Source: Candidatus Curtissbacteria bacterium (GTDB lineage: Bacteria; Patescibacteriota; Microgenomatia; Curtissbacterales; GWA2-41-24). From it: DNA of 64,000 bases. This document shows, piece after piece, positions 8,898 through 17,054 of this stretch. The stretch lies in NCBI GenBank assembly GCA_016183325.1, contig JACPEV010000008.1:472-64471 (forward strand), read 5' to 3'. Below the pieces are notes generated by a model. That model saw only the letters and a list, made by a program, of their open reading frames with translations, made no database searches and was not told the origin of the DNA. The translations under genes and the position numbers were made by a program. The first letter of the stretch is position 1, and the number at the start of each line of letters is the position of its first letter.

Positions 8898-9228
8898 AAA
8901 GAGATATAGAGTTTATCTAGACGATATATTAACTTCGGTAGAAAGAATAAAAGATTACACAAAGAATTTATCCAAAGAAGATTTTCTCAAAGATCTGAAA
9001 ACTATAGATGCTGTTGTGAGAAACATCGAAATACTAGGCGAAGCGGCAAGAAATATTCCAGAAGATTTTAAAGAAAAATATCCCGAACTTCCATGGTCAA
9101 AAATGATAAGTATGAGAAACAAGGTGATTCACGAATATTCAGGGATTGATCTTGAAATACTTTGGCAAACGGTCCAAGAGGATATACCAAGCCTAGAAGA
9201 TCAGGTTAAAGAATTAGTAGAAAATTGA
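8890..9228 (+). CDS. HEPN (DUF86) RNase toxin
   Basis: YLDDI, DAVVRN.EILGEA, RNKVIHEY (Rx4H). Confidence 0.92.
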   Translation: MSKKRYRVYLDDILTSVERIKDYTKNLSKEDFLKDLKTIDAVVRNIEILGEAARNIPEDFKEKYPELPWSKMISMRNKVIHEYSGIDLEILWQTVQEDIPSLEDQVKELVEN

Positions 9229-9234
9229 GGCAAC

Positions 9235-9294
9235 TTATCGAATCTGCCTGAGGAATGTGGGAATTCCTAAGTCGTCTACCATTTTTAGGTTCAA
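9235..9294 (-). other. FtsZ C-terminal-peptide copy / micro-ORF MNLKMVDDLGIPTFLRQIR*
   Basis: Manual translation; last 9 aa identical to FtsZ; TTG at 9294 or ATG at 9282. Confidence 0.75.
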
Positions 9295-9390
9295 AACCAA
9301 TCAATAACTCCAAGAATGTATTAAGCCATTCTTCAGTTCTCAAAAGGTAAGACTAGAATAACCAATAGTAGGGAAAATAGCAACAAGTTT
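9295..9390. repeat. Conserved non-coding arm Y adjoining the FtsZ-tail copy
   Basis: Collinear with 11102-11197 (CCAAGAAT..CATTCTT hairpin, TAACCAATAG, GAAA.T..CAACAAG). Confidence 0.7.
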
Positions 9391-9400
9391 AAAGGCTGCT

Positions 9401-9769
9401 CTAGGGAGTAGGCTGGCTTGCCTGTGGCTTGTTACTTGAAAATTGACCAAAAAGGTCAGAAAGATTTTTGATCTGATCAGAAGATAAGCTAGTTTTGATA
9501 TCATCAAACCATTCACTCAATAAGGCATCGTATTCATTTTGAAAGGCTTGCTCTAGCTGCTCTGCACTAGCCACTTGATCTATTGAGGGATTTGTATCGG
9601 TGGTGGCACTTTCTTCGAAAACTTGTAACTTTTCTTGAGGAATTTCCTGTAACATTTTTGTAGCGGTTCTTTGCTTGATTGTTGTAAAAAAATCCTCTAC
9701 GAATGCTTCTTTATCGTCTTGATACCCAATTATCTCAAGAATTTTTAAAATAAACTCTTTTCTTTGCAT
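9401..9769 (-). CDS. Hypothetical acidic helical protein
   Basis: 122-aa ORF coupled to upstream ORF. Confidence 0.7.
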   Translation of the reverse strand: MQRKEFILKILEIIGYQDDKEAFVEDFFTTIKQRTATKMLQEIPQEKLQVFEESATTDTNPSIDQVASAEQLEQAFQNEYDALLSEWFDDIKTSLSSDQIKNLSDLFGQFSSNKPQASQPTP

Positions 9770-9771
9770 TA

Positions 9772-10128
9772 TTAGCTTCTTTTTGTAAATCTTCCTTTTT
9801 CATCTCTAGGTTGTTCATATCTGTGAGGAAAAAACCTTCGACTACCTCCAAGAATGAAGTAATTAGCTCCTACCGCTGATGAAATAAGTCCAGCTGCCTT
9901 TACAATATCTCCTTCAGCAATAGCAATGGACCCGAACGTGGCGGCAGCAGAATCCAGCGCAGTCATAAAAACAAGACCAGCTTTTGTCAGTCCAGTTTTA
10001 TTCTCTATAACCTGCAAGGCATTTTTTGCTGATGTCGTTGCTTTTTCTAAAAAAGATTTTGACGAATCTGTAGGAGATTTTTCGGAAAGACCTTGATTTT
10101 CGCTAAATTCACTGTTACCTTCGCTCAT
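9772..10128 (-). CDS. Hypothetical membrane-associated protein
   Basis: 118 aa, Ala/Gly-rich hydrophobic hairpin, ends PRDEKGRFTKRS. Confidence 0.7.
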   Translation of the reverse strand: MSEGNSEFSENQGLSEKSPTDSSKSFLEKATTSAKNALQVIENKTGLTKAGLVFMTALDSAAATFGSIAIAEGDIVKAAGLISSAVGANYFILGGSRRFFPHRYEQPRDEKGRFTKRS

Positions 10129-10170
10129 TACATATATTATAACATTTTCTTACTTAATACGATTTTTAAA

Positions 10171-10312
10171 AAAGCGTCGCACAATTATGTTTGTGCGCCT
10201 ATGAAAAATTAGTCTCGTTTAGCCTCGAAAATAAATAGTCGCAAAACGGGTGGTTTTTAAATTTTAGCCCTTCGATAAACTCTGGATTTTCAGCCTCAAC
10301 TCCCCTGCTCGG
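10171..10312. repeat. Extended X element (copy 3)
   Basis: GCGTCGCACAA-TTATGT-TTGTGCGCCTA plus downstream motifs shared with 8381-8520. Confidence 0.7.
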
Positions 10313-10329
10313 ACTACCCTGTAGTTTTC

Positions 10330-10710
10330 CTATCGGAGCGGATTTAGGGTTTTTATGTCTTGCATGGGGAAATGCTTGGTATTCAGAGAGACCAGTTCAA
10401 GATCGTTTACATTGGCACAACCAGCAATTAAACAATCATCTAAGGTGAGATTTTTTAGTTGTTTTGAGTATTGCTGGCAGTAGAGACCGCCAATTTTTGC
10501 GGTTTTTTGGTCTAGATTGAAAATTATATGCTGGTTTAAAAAATCCTCCGTAGTTGACAATTCAGATGGAAAAACATTTCTGAAAATTTCTGCGATTGAA
10601 ATAACGGATATTGCCAGTGGTGATTTTTCTTTGAGTTTTGAGACTTTCTCTTTAACATCCTTTTTGCCTCGCAAAATCCAAATTAAGATATCTGTGTCTA
10701 GGAGAAACAT
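10330..10710 (-). CDS. vapC: VapC PIN-domain toxin
   Basis: LLDTDILI, SVISIAEI, DCLIA, LVSLNTKHF. Confidence 0.92.
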   Translation of the reverse strand: MFLLDTDILIWILRGKKDVKEKVSKLKEKSPLAISVISIAEIFRNVFPSELSTTEDFLNQHIIFNLDQKTAKIGGLYCQQYSKQLKNLTLDDCLIAGCANVNDLELVSLNTKHFPMQDIKTLNPLR

Positions 10711-10713
10711 TAT

Positions 10714-10992
10714 TTAGAATGTTCGTTGGTTTTTGATGCGATTATTCTTGACCCAATCTATTACTTTCTTCTTTGTAGCCCATTCGGGATGATTTTTAGC
10801 AGTAAAAACACCGCTTGCTTTCCTAAGCGCTCTTTCATACGCGTCTTTGTCAAAAGTAAAGGTCTGAGTTATTTGGGCAATAGTCTTATTCTTTTTTTCG
10901 TCACGAATGAGCACACGGTTTCCTTTTATTACTTTATCCAAATAGCCAGATATATTTTTCCTGAGCTCGCTCACAGATACTGTTAGGGTCAT
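10714..10992 (-). CDS. Phd/YefM family antitoxin
   Basis: VSVSELRKNIS.YLDKV..G.RVLI; directly upstream of vapC. Confidence 0.85.
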   Translation of the reverse strand: MTLTVSVSELRKNISGYLDKVIKGNRVLIRDEKKNKTIAQITQTFTFDKDAYERALRKASGVFTAKNHPEWATKKKVIDWVKNNRIKNQRTF

Positions 10993-11041
10993 ATTTTCAT
11001 ATTAGTACAATATGTACAGATAGTCAATTATTGAGGAAGGA

Positions 11042-11101
11042 TTATCGAATTTGACGAAGGAATGTGGGGATTCCTAGGTCGTCTATCCTATTTAGGTTCA
11101 A
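11042..11101 (-). other. FtsZ C-terminal-peptide copy / micro-ORF MNLNRIDDLGIPTFLRQIR*
   Basis: Manual translation from TTG at 11101; last 13 aa identical to the 9235 copy, with synonymous codon changes. Confidence 0.75.
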
Positions 11102-11236
11102 AGTAGTTAAGACTGCCAAGAATAACGATTGTCATTCTTGGGTCATAAAAGATAGGTTAATACTAACCAATAGGTCAAGAAATATCAACAAGCTTCAGCA
11201 TTAGCCAGCTGAAGGTAAATATCGTATAATTTAACT

Positions 11237-11494
11237 GTGAAATACAAGTTTACAGCTTTAACCTTGTTTGTAGTTTTACTGTTGGGTATTGCCCTAGAAT
11301 TTAGCGAAAGTAAAGAGCACTTCAACACAGATAGAATTTCGATAATCCCTCTCAAGTTAGAAATTCCGAAACAACCACATGAACCAGTTCAGCAATATCC
11401 CATAACTCAAATTAGGTTGTCTGGCATGGCAAATATTGGAACTTCATCTATCAACCCAACGAGAATAAATTCTTCTGGAACAAATTTAACCTAA
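11237..11494 (+). CDS. Small secreted/membrane hypothetical protein
   Basis: Signal-peptide-like N-terminus; TATAAT 6 nt before GTG. Confidence 0.55.
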   Translation: MKYKFTALTLFVVLLLGIALEFSESKEHFNTDRISIIPLKLEIPKQPHEPVQQYPITQIRLSGMANIGTSSINPTRINSSGTNLT

Positions 11495-11495
11495 G

Positions 11496-11873
11496 ATGAA
11501 ATCAAAAGTAGAGACACAAAACGCACCAAGTGCCCCTGGTCTTTTGTCACAAGCAGTTGTAAATAATGGAATTATCTATGTAGCAGGCCAAATACATAGC
11601 TCTCCTAATGGAAAGTTAGTCGAAGGAACAACTGAAGCTAAAGTAAAACTGATAATGAAAAATTTACAAGCTATTCTTAAAGCTGCTGGTGCAGATTTTG
11701 ATGATGTACTTAAAGTAAATGTGTATGTCACGGATATTTCAGACTTACCTAAACTAAACGCAATTTATAAAACTTATTTCACGCAGGAACCTTTACCAGT
11801 TCGTGAAGCTGTTTGTGTTAAAGCCTTGCCACTTGGTGCAAGTATTGAAATGAGTTTAATGGCAGCAAAGTAA
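11496..11873 (+). CDS. RidA/YjgF family enamine deaminase
   Basis: AP..PG..SQAV, YVAGQI, NL.AILKAAG, P.R.AV.V.ALP.GA.IE. Confidence 0.92.
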   Translation: MKSKVETQNAPSAPGLLSQAVVNNGIIYVAGQIHSSPNGKLVEGTTEAKVKLIMKNLQAILKAAGADFDDVLKVNVYVTDISDLPKLNAIYKTYFTQEPLPVREAVCVKALPLGASIEMSLMAAK

Positions 11874-11972
11874 TAAGTTAGGCTGTTAAGAATCAGTACG
11901 GTACACCCCTACCCACCCAGTTTTTCTGTATCCCAAAACCTATTAGACCTCGAATAAATCTGCGATGTGATT

Positions 11973-12755
11973 TTAGGTTTGACTGAAGAATCTAGCTATC
12001 ATATCCACCACTTCAGATTCATAGGGCTCATCGTGAAATCCGTGCTTTGACCCCTTGATAACGCGAAACTCCTTGCTGGCGTTAGATAACTCATCAAATC
12101 TATGTTGCACATGTCTAATGTCAACTTTTTCATCTCGGCTACCATGAACAGCAAGTAGCGGACCCATATAATTTTCCAACTCTTGGTACGGATAATAACT
12201 TCTCATTTCATCTATTAGGGGTTTACCCATTTTGAATCTCCTTGAGGCTACTTCAATAAAACCAAATCTTTTTAATCTATCGGTTAAATTGATAAATGTT
12301 CTCATTGCCCAAACCGTGGTTGGGTGTAAAAATGCTTTATCGTAATCGAGCACGGGATTTGCCAAGAACAGCATCTGAACTGCATCTGGATTGCGTCCGG
12401 CATATAGGGCAGCAATACTGCCGCCAAAGCTGGCACCTGCCAGACCTAACCAGTCAATTCCCTTTGCTCTCATAAAATCAACAACTGCTCCCAAATCTCT
12501 TACCTCACCAGAAATAGTGAAGTCCCTAATTGAATCTCCAGAACTTTTACCATGTGCCCTGAAATCAAACCTGATAGTAGAAAACCCGAGTCTATTTAGT
12601 TCTGGTTCTGCACGAACAAATATTCCTTCGTCATCTTTATTTACAGTCATTCCATGAGCAAAAATTATCCCTTTCGAGGAATCTTCGACTTGGATAAATA
12701 CTCCATCCAAACTAAACTTATCCGCAGTTTTTATTTTTATATCTTTACGCTCCAT
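11973..12755 (-). CDS. Alpha/beta hydrolase
   Basis: HG, RFDFRAHGKS, GASFGG nucleophile, HGSRD, HGF. Confidence 0.9.
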   Translation of the reverse strand: MERKDIKIKTADKFSLDGVFIQVEDSSKGIIFAHGMTVNKDDEGIFVRAEPELNRLGFSTIRFDFRAHGKSSGDSIRDFTISGEVRDLGAVVDFMRAKGIDWLGLAGASFGGSIAALYAGRNPDAVQMLFLANPVLDYDKAFLHPTTVWAMRTFINLTDRLKRFGFIEVASRRFKMGKPLIDEMRSYYPYQELENYMGPLLAVHGSRDEKVDIRHVQHRFDELSNASKEFRVIKGSKHGFHDEPYESEVVDMIARFFSQT

Positions 12756-12816
12756 AATTTATTTAATCCCATTAAAAGGTACAGATTTGCTTTGTCCGAA
12801 ATTTAAAATCTTTGAT

Positions 12817-13236
12817 TTAGATTGAAATAATGATTTCTTCTTCTTTTCTGTTGAATAATACCTTATGGCACTTGTCGAAAAAGCCATTTTGACCCAAAAG
12901 CGGAATTTGCTGTTGGTAGCTAAAATAGGCGTTTGTTTCGATTTTGTGGCCTTCTATAAAAATTCCGATGCCTTCATGAAGGAAGCTGTCAATCTGGATA
13001 TCGCCAATTCCTGCGATTTTGTGTTTTTTGCCCTTTGGAATATTAATTCCTAACTTTTCTCCAAGTGATGCTGGGAATAAATTGACGCTCGCTCCTGAAT
13101 CGACAAGTGCCAGAACATTGAACATCTGTCCTCTTTTGTAATTAATAACAACGTCGATCAACGGAATGGGAACGTAAATTACTTTTTCATTTTGCTGTCG
13201 TGGAGCTTGAAAATATCTAAATTTGTGAGCGGACAT
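12817..13236 (-). CDS. Retropepsin-like aspartyl protease (partner of DUF5678 protein)
   Basis: ALVDSGAS and LLGQNGFF; ATG overlaps upstream TGA. Confidence 0.85.
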   Translation of the reverse strand: MSAHKFRYFQAPRQQNEKVIYVPIPLIDVVINYKRGQMFNVLALVDSGASVNLFPASLGEKLGINIPKGKKHKIAGIGDIQIDSFLHEGIGIFIEGHKIETNAYFSYQQQIPLLGQNGFFDKCHKVLFNRKEEEIIISI

Positions 13237-13412
13237 CAAGGACAATAGGGCACTAGAGGGGGAACTGCCATAAAAATTACTTTTTCCCTATCAACTTTTT
13301 TTGATACTTCCTCAAGGCTTTTTCCGTGGGCAACTATTTTTGTCTTATTTTTATCCAGAGCTACCCACTGCTTTGCATATTTTTCTAATCCTTTAATTGG
13401 TTTCTGTTTCAT
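13236..13412 (-). CDS. DUF5678 family protein
   Basis: KYAKQWVAL....KIVAHGKSL; TATAAT 6 nt before ATG 13412. Confidence 0.8.
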   Translation of the reverse strand: MKQKPIKGLEKYAKQWVALDKNKTKIVAHGKSLEEVSKKVDREKVIFMAVPPLVPYCP

Positions 13413-13435
13413 AAACCTATTATACTCCAATTTTC

Positions 13436-13549
13436 AAATGAACTACCACGACTTAACAGTCGTGGTATCCTCAGGCTACGCCTTCGGCGAGTACGTAATT
13501 GTTCAATTCACCCACGGGTAAAAACCCGTGGTACTTGCGAACAATTATA
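13436..13549 (-). mobile_element. IS200/IS605-like palindromic element, copy 2 (inverted relative to copy 1)
   Basis: Reverse complement about 96% identical to 205-318. Confidence 0.7.
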
Positions 13550-13615
13550 AATCCTGAATCCTTAACAGGTCGGAGTCGTTAGACTCCAGACAAGTCCAGG
13601 ATGACAAGAAGGTGG

Positions 13616-14695
13616 TTATCTAATTTGTCTGAGGAATGTGGGGATGTCGAATTCATCCTCGTCGATTGAGGTTGGAGTTTCTTCAGAAGGTTGAGCTGTC
13701 TCCCCATCTTGCTGAGGAGTCACCTGAACGAACTTTCGTCTGGTTTCATCAAAACCTGTGGCAATAACTGTGACTTTAACCTGGTCGATGAGCTTTTCGT
13801 CGATAGTGGCACCAAAGATAATTTGGGCATCGGGATCGGCTTGACTGGTGATGACTTTGGCAGCTTCGTCAACTTCACTCATGGTCATATCGCTACCGCC
13901 AGTGATGTTGAAAAGAATGCCTCTTGCGCCGTCGATTGACGAATCTAAAAGCGGTGAGGCAATAGAAGATCTGGCTGCAGTTGATGCTCGATTTTCACCA
14001 GAGGCGGTACCTACACCCATCAATGTTGTACCGGCACTGGTCATGATAGTCTTAACATCGGCAAAATCAACGTTGATTAAGCCCGGCATGACGATGATAT
14101 CTGAAATTCCCTGAACACCTTGAGAAAGAACAGAGTCGGCAAGTTTAAACGCCTCAAGGAGAGAAACGTTCTTATCGACAACTTCAAGTAATTTTTGATT
14201 GGGAATAACAATCAACGTGTCGACTTTGTCTTTAAGACTTACAATGCCATCATCGGCGACAACCATGCGGCGAGTACCTTCAAATCCAAAAGGTTTGGTG
14301 ACTACGGCAACAGAAAGAATACCAAGTTTTCTCGCCAGCTCGGCAATAACTGGACCAGCACCTGTCCCGGTACCTCCTCCGGCACCGTAAGTTAGAAAAA
14401 CCATGTCGGCACCAGTTATTACTTCTTTGATGCGCTCTAAAGATTCTTCTGCAGCTTTTTTGCCAATCTCAGGGTCGGCACCTGCCCCAAGACCCTTGGT
14501 CAGGCCATCGCCGATTTGAACTTTAGTTTGAGCTTGATTTGCCAAGAGATGTTGTTGATCAGTGTTAACAGCCACAAAATCTACACCTTGGATTTGAGCA
14601 TTGGCGATCATGGAGTTTAAAGCATTGCAGCCACCTCCACCAATGCCAAGAACTTTTATTTTGGCGAATCTATTGACGTCGGGTTTAATTAACAT
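13616..14695 (-). CDS. ftsZ: Cell division protein FtsZ
   Basis: GIGGGGCNA, GGGTGTG tubulin motif, NVDFAD, C-terminal DIPTFLR. Confidence 0.99.
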   Translation of the reverse strand: MLIKPDVNRFAKIKVLGIGGGGCNALNSMIANAQIQGVDFVAVNTDQQHLLANQAQTKVQIGDGLTKGLGAGADPEIGKKAAEESLERIKEVITGADMVFLTYGAGGGTGTGAGPVIAELARKLGILSVAVVTKPFGFEGTRRMVVADDGIVSLKDKVDTLIVIPNQKLLEVVDKNVSLLEAFKLADSVLSQGVQGISDIIVMPGLINVDFADVKTIMTSAGTTLMGVGTASGENRASTAARSSIASPLLDSSIDGARGILFNITGGSDMTMSEVDEAAKVITSQADPDAQIIFGATIDEKLIDQVKVTVIATGFDETRRKFVQVTPQQDGETAQPSEETPTSIDEDEFDIPTFLRQIR

Positions 14696-14758
14696 TGAAG
14701 CGGTGACAATTTAACATAGAGGCAGGTGATTTGCAAGCGTTTTTTGCGTAAGAGAAAT

Positions 14759-16036
14759 TTACGGCAAGAGTGATTTAATCCAGTTAATACCTTTGTTAAC
14801 TACACCTTTTATTTCGATTCTTCCTACCAGAGGAAGTCTGACTTCTTCCTGTTGAAATTGAGTACCGTAGATAACTAGCCCAAGAGCAGCAGCAAAAGCC
14901 GGCGAGGCAATTTCATCAACAAGGCCTGTTGCGCCTTGCGGCAAGCCGAGCCTAACGGGCATCCCGAGTTCTTGCTTGGCGATATCAATCATACCAACTG
15001 TCGATGCTCCCCCGCCAGTTAAAACTACGCCAGAAGGAGTAAGACCAGTTGCGCCTGATTTTTGAAGCTCGAGTTTAACCATGTTGATAATTTCGCGAAT
15101 TCTAGGTTTAATGATTCCATCACTAAGAGTTTTTCTGGAAACTTGCCTTAAATCTTCCTCAATACCAAGGCCTGAAATATCTAAGTTATCTGGTTCTTTT
15201 TTATCTTGAGCCTTCCCGTTTGCACTGGATTCAACGGCGATTTTAGGAGGCTGAGACAGAGCAAGTTTAATTTTTTCAGCGGATTCAAGGGAGATGCGCA
15301 AGCCGATTGCCAAATCGTTGGTTACGTTTCTGGCGCCAATAGGTAGAACAGAGCAATAGGCGGGAGCTCCATCGGTGAAAACACAGATGTCAGTGGTACC
15401 ACCTCCGAAATCTACTAAGATTACTCCGAGTTCCTTTTCAGTATCAGTTAAAACTGAATAGGAGGAAGCAAGACCAGAAAAGACCATCCCTTCGACGTCA
15501 ACACCAACCTGACTAATGCATTTGGCGATATTTCTGAAAGCGGTGGCTGCACCGGTGACAATATGAGTTTCAACCTCCATCCTGACACCGTTCATGCCAA
15601 TTGGATCTTTAATACCGCTTTGGGAATCGACAACAAAATATCTCGGGATGACATGAAGAATTTCTCTAGACGAAGGTAAAGATATTGCCCTGGCAGCTTC
15701 AACTACTCTAGTAACATCTTCTGCTGAAATCTCTCCGTTTCTTTCAGAAACAGCAACGACTCCTTTGCTATTTTGTGAATCAATGTGAATACCGTCAACT
15801 GAAACGAAAGATGCACCAACTGAATACCCAGCCATTCTCTCAGATGATTCCAAAGATTGAGTTATGGAAGTAACGGCTTCATCAATATCGACAACCTGGC
15901 CTTTTCTTAAACCTCTTGAGGGAACCGAGGAAACTCCAATTATATTAACCTGGGACTCATTCTGGATGGTAGCAATAATGGTGGTAATCTTCGACGATCC
16001 AACATCAATACCAACAATAACTTTATCTTTAGACAT
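14759..16036 (-). CDS. ftsA: Cell division protein FtsA
   Basis: GIDVGSSK, DFGGGTTD, VLTGGG; upstream of ftsZ. Confidence 0.98.
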   Translation of the reverse strand: MSKDKVIVGIDVGSSKITTIIATIQNESQVNIIGVSSVPSRGLRKGQVVDIDEAVTSITQSLESSERMAGYSVGASFVSVDGIHIDSQNSKGVVAVSERNGEISAEDVTRVVEAARAISLPSSREILHVIPRYFVVDSQSGIKDPIGMNGVRMEVETHIVTGAATAFRNIAKCISQVGVDVEGMVFSGLASSYSVLTDTEKELGVILVDFGGGTTDICVFTDGAPAYCSVLPIGARNVTNDLAIGLRISLESAEKIKLALSQPPKIAVESSANGKAQDKKEPDNLDISGLGIEEDLRQVSRKTLSDGIIKPRIREIINMVKLELQKSGATGLTPSGVVLTGGGASTVGMIDIAKQELGMPVRLGLPQGATGLVDEIASPAFAAALGLVIYGTQFQQEEVRLPLVGRIEIKGVVNKGINWIKSLLP

Positions 16037-16158
16037 ATTTCCTTTTTCTAGAAATTTGTTAAGTGGAAATTAGAAATTGGTATTGAAATTCGAAATTTCC
16101 AATAACTAATTTCTTTAAATTTCGGCTTTCATGCTTCGAGTTTGGGATTTATTGTTAA

Positions 16159-16836
16159 TCATTGGAATTCCTTGTACTCCACAACTGGCTTGTCAAAGCG
16201 TAGATCAATTTTTGCGATTTTTGACGAATTTATTTTAGATACTATCAAGACCTGCTGTAAAGAGTCAACCTGCTCATCTGGTGATTTTTTAGAGGAAAAG
16301 ATGGCGATAGTTCCCTGTTGATTGTAAGCGGCCAGATCCTCGTTTGATATGATTCTAATATTCTGGACATTATAATCAGATTTCATAAGGGGCATTGCTA
16401 ATTTTAGCGCAAAGACTATAATTTCGTCAGTGATTTTTTGCCCAAGTTGAAGTTTTAAATTTTGAGGCAAATAAAGAGTAGGCAGATTTTGATTATCATT
16501 TTGGACTATTTGGCCGTCTTCTGTTAGGGAAAGATTACTTGCTTCAATTTTGACGACAGGTTTTTTGACTGTAATATCCAAGACAATTTTTGCCGGGAAT
16601 TCTCTTTTGAGGCTGACTTTGTCGACACAAGAATACTGGTTTTTGATTTGGGCCTCCAAGGTTTTCTGGTCAATTAAAAGAATGTTTTGATTGCCTAAGT
16701 TCAGATCGTTTAAAAGATTCTGATTTGGAATACATTGTTGACTCTGGTTTGTGACAACTTCTTTAATTTTAAGAAGCGGGGAGAAAAAGATAGATACTAA
16801 AATAATAATAACCAAAACGGGCAGCACTTTGGCCAT
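16159..16836 (-). CDS. ftsQ: FtsQ/DivIB-like protein
   Basis: N-terminal TM, POTRA-like region, C-terminal IDLRFDKPVV; position before ftsA. Confidence 0.85.
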   Translation of the reverse strand: MAKVLPVLVIIILVSIFFSPLLKIKEVVTNQSQQCIPNQNLLNDLNLGNQNILLIDQKTLEAQIKNQYSCVDKVSLKREFPAKIVLDITVKKPVVKIEASNLSLTEDGQIVQNDNQNLPTLYLPQNLKLQLGQKITDEIIVFALKLAMPLMKSDYNVQNIRIISNEDLAAYNQQGTIAIFSSKKSPDEQVDSLQQVLIVSKINSSKIAKIDLRFDKPVVEYKEFQ

Positions 16837-16885
16837 ATATTAAGTATAACTCTACTGGTTAATAGTTAACAGTGAATAGTTAATG

Positions 16886-17046
16886 GAGCTTGCTGAAAAC
16901 CTGTTAGCCTCGCAACAATGAGAAAAGACTACTTTGACAAACCATTAGTTTGTCATTCTGGCTTGTCCAGAATCCTTACTAGAATCAGATTCTGGAGTCG
17001 CTTCGCTCCCCAGAATGACAGTTTAACTTAGGTTTTCAGCAAGCTC
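16886..17046. mobile_element. MITE with perfect 17-bp TIR and 7-bp TSD
   Basis: GAGCTTGCTGAAAACCT ... AGGTTTTCAGCAAGCTC flanked on both sides by GTTAATG; internal GTCATTCTGG REP-like doublet. Confidence 0.85.
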
Positions 17047-17054
17047 GTTAATGA

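Noticed and set aside
5700-13600. Classical integron with attC sites
   Set aside because: No intI gene in the window, and I could not find RYYYAAC...GTTRRRY-bounded attC folds at cassette ends; the scaffold repeats have a different structure.
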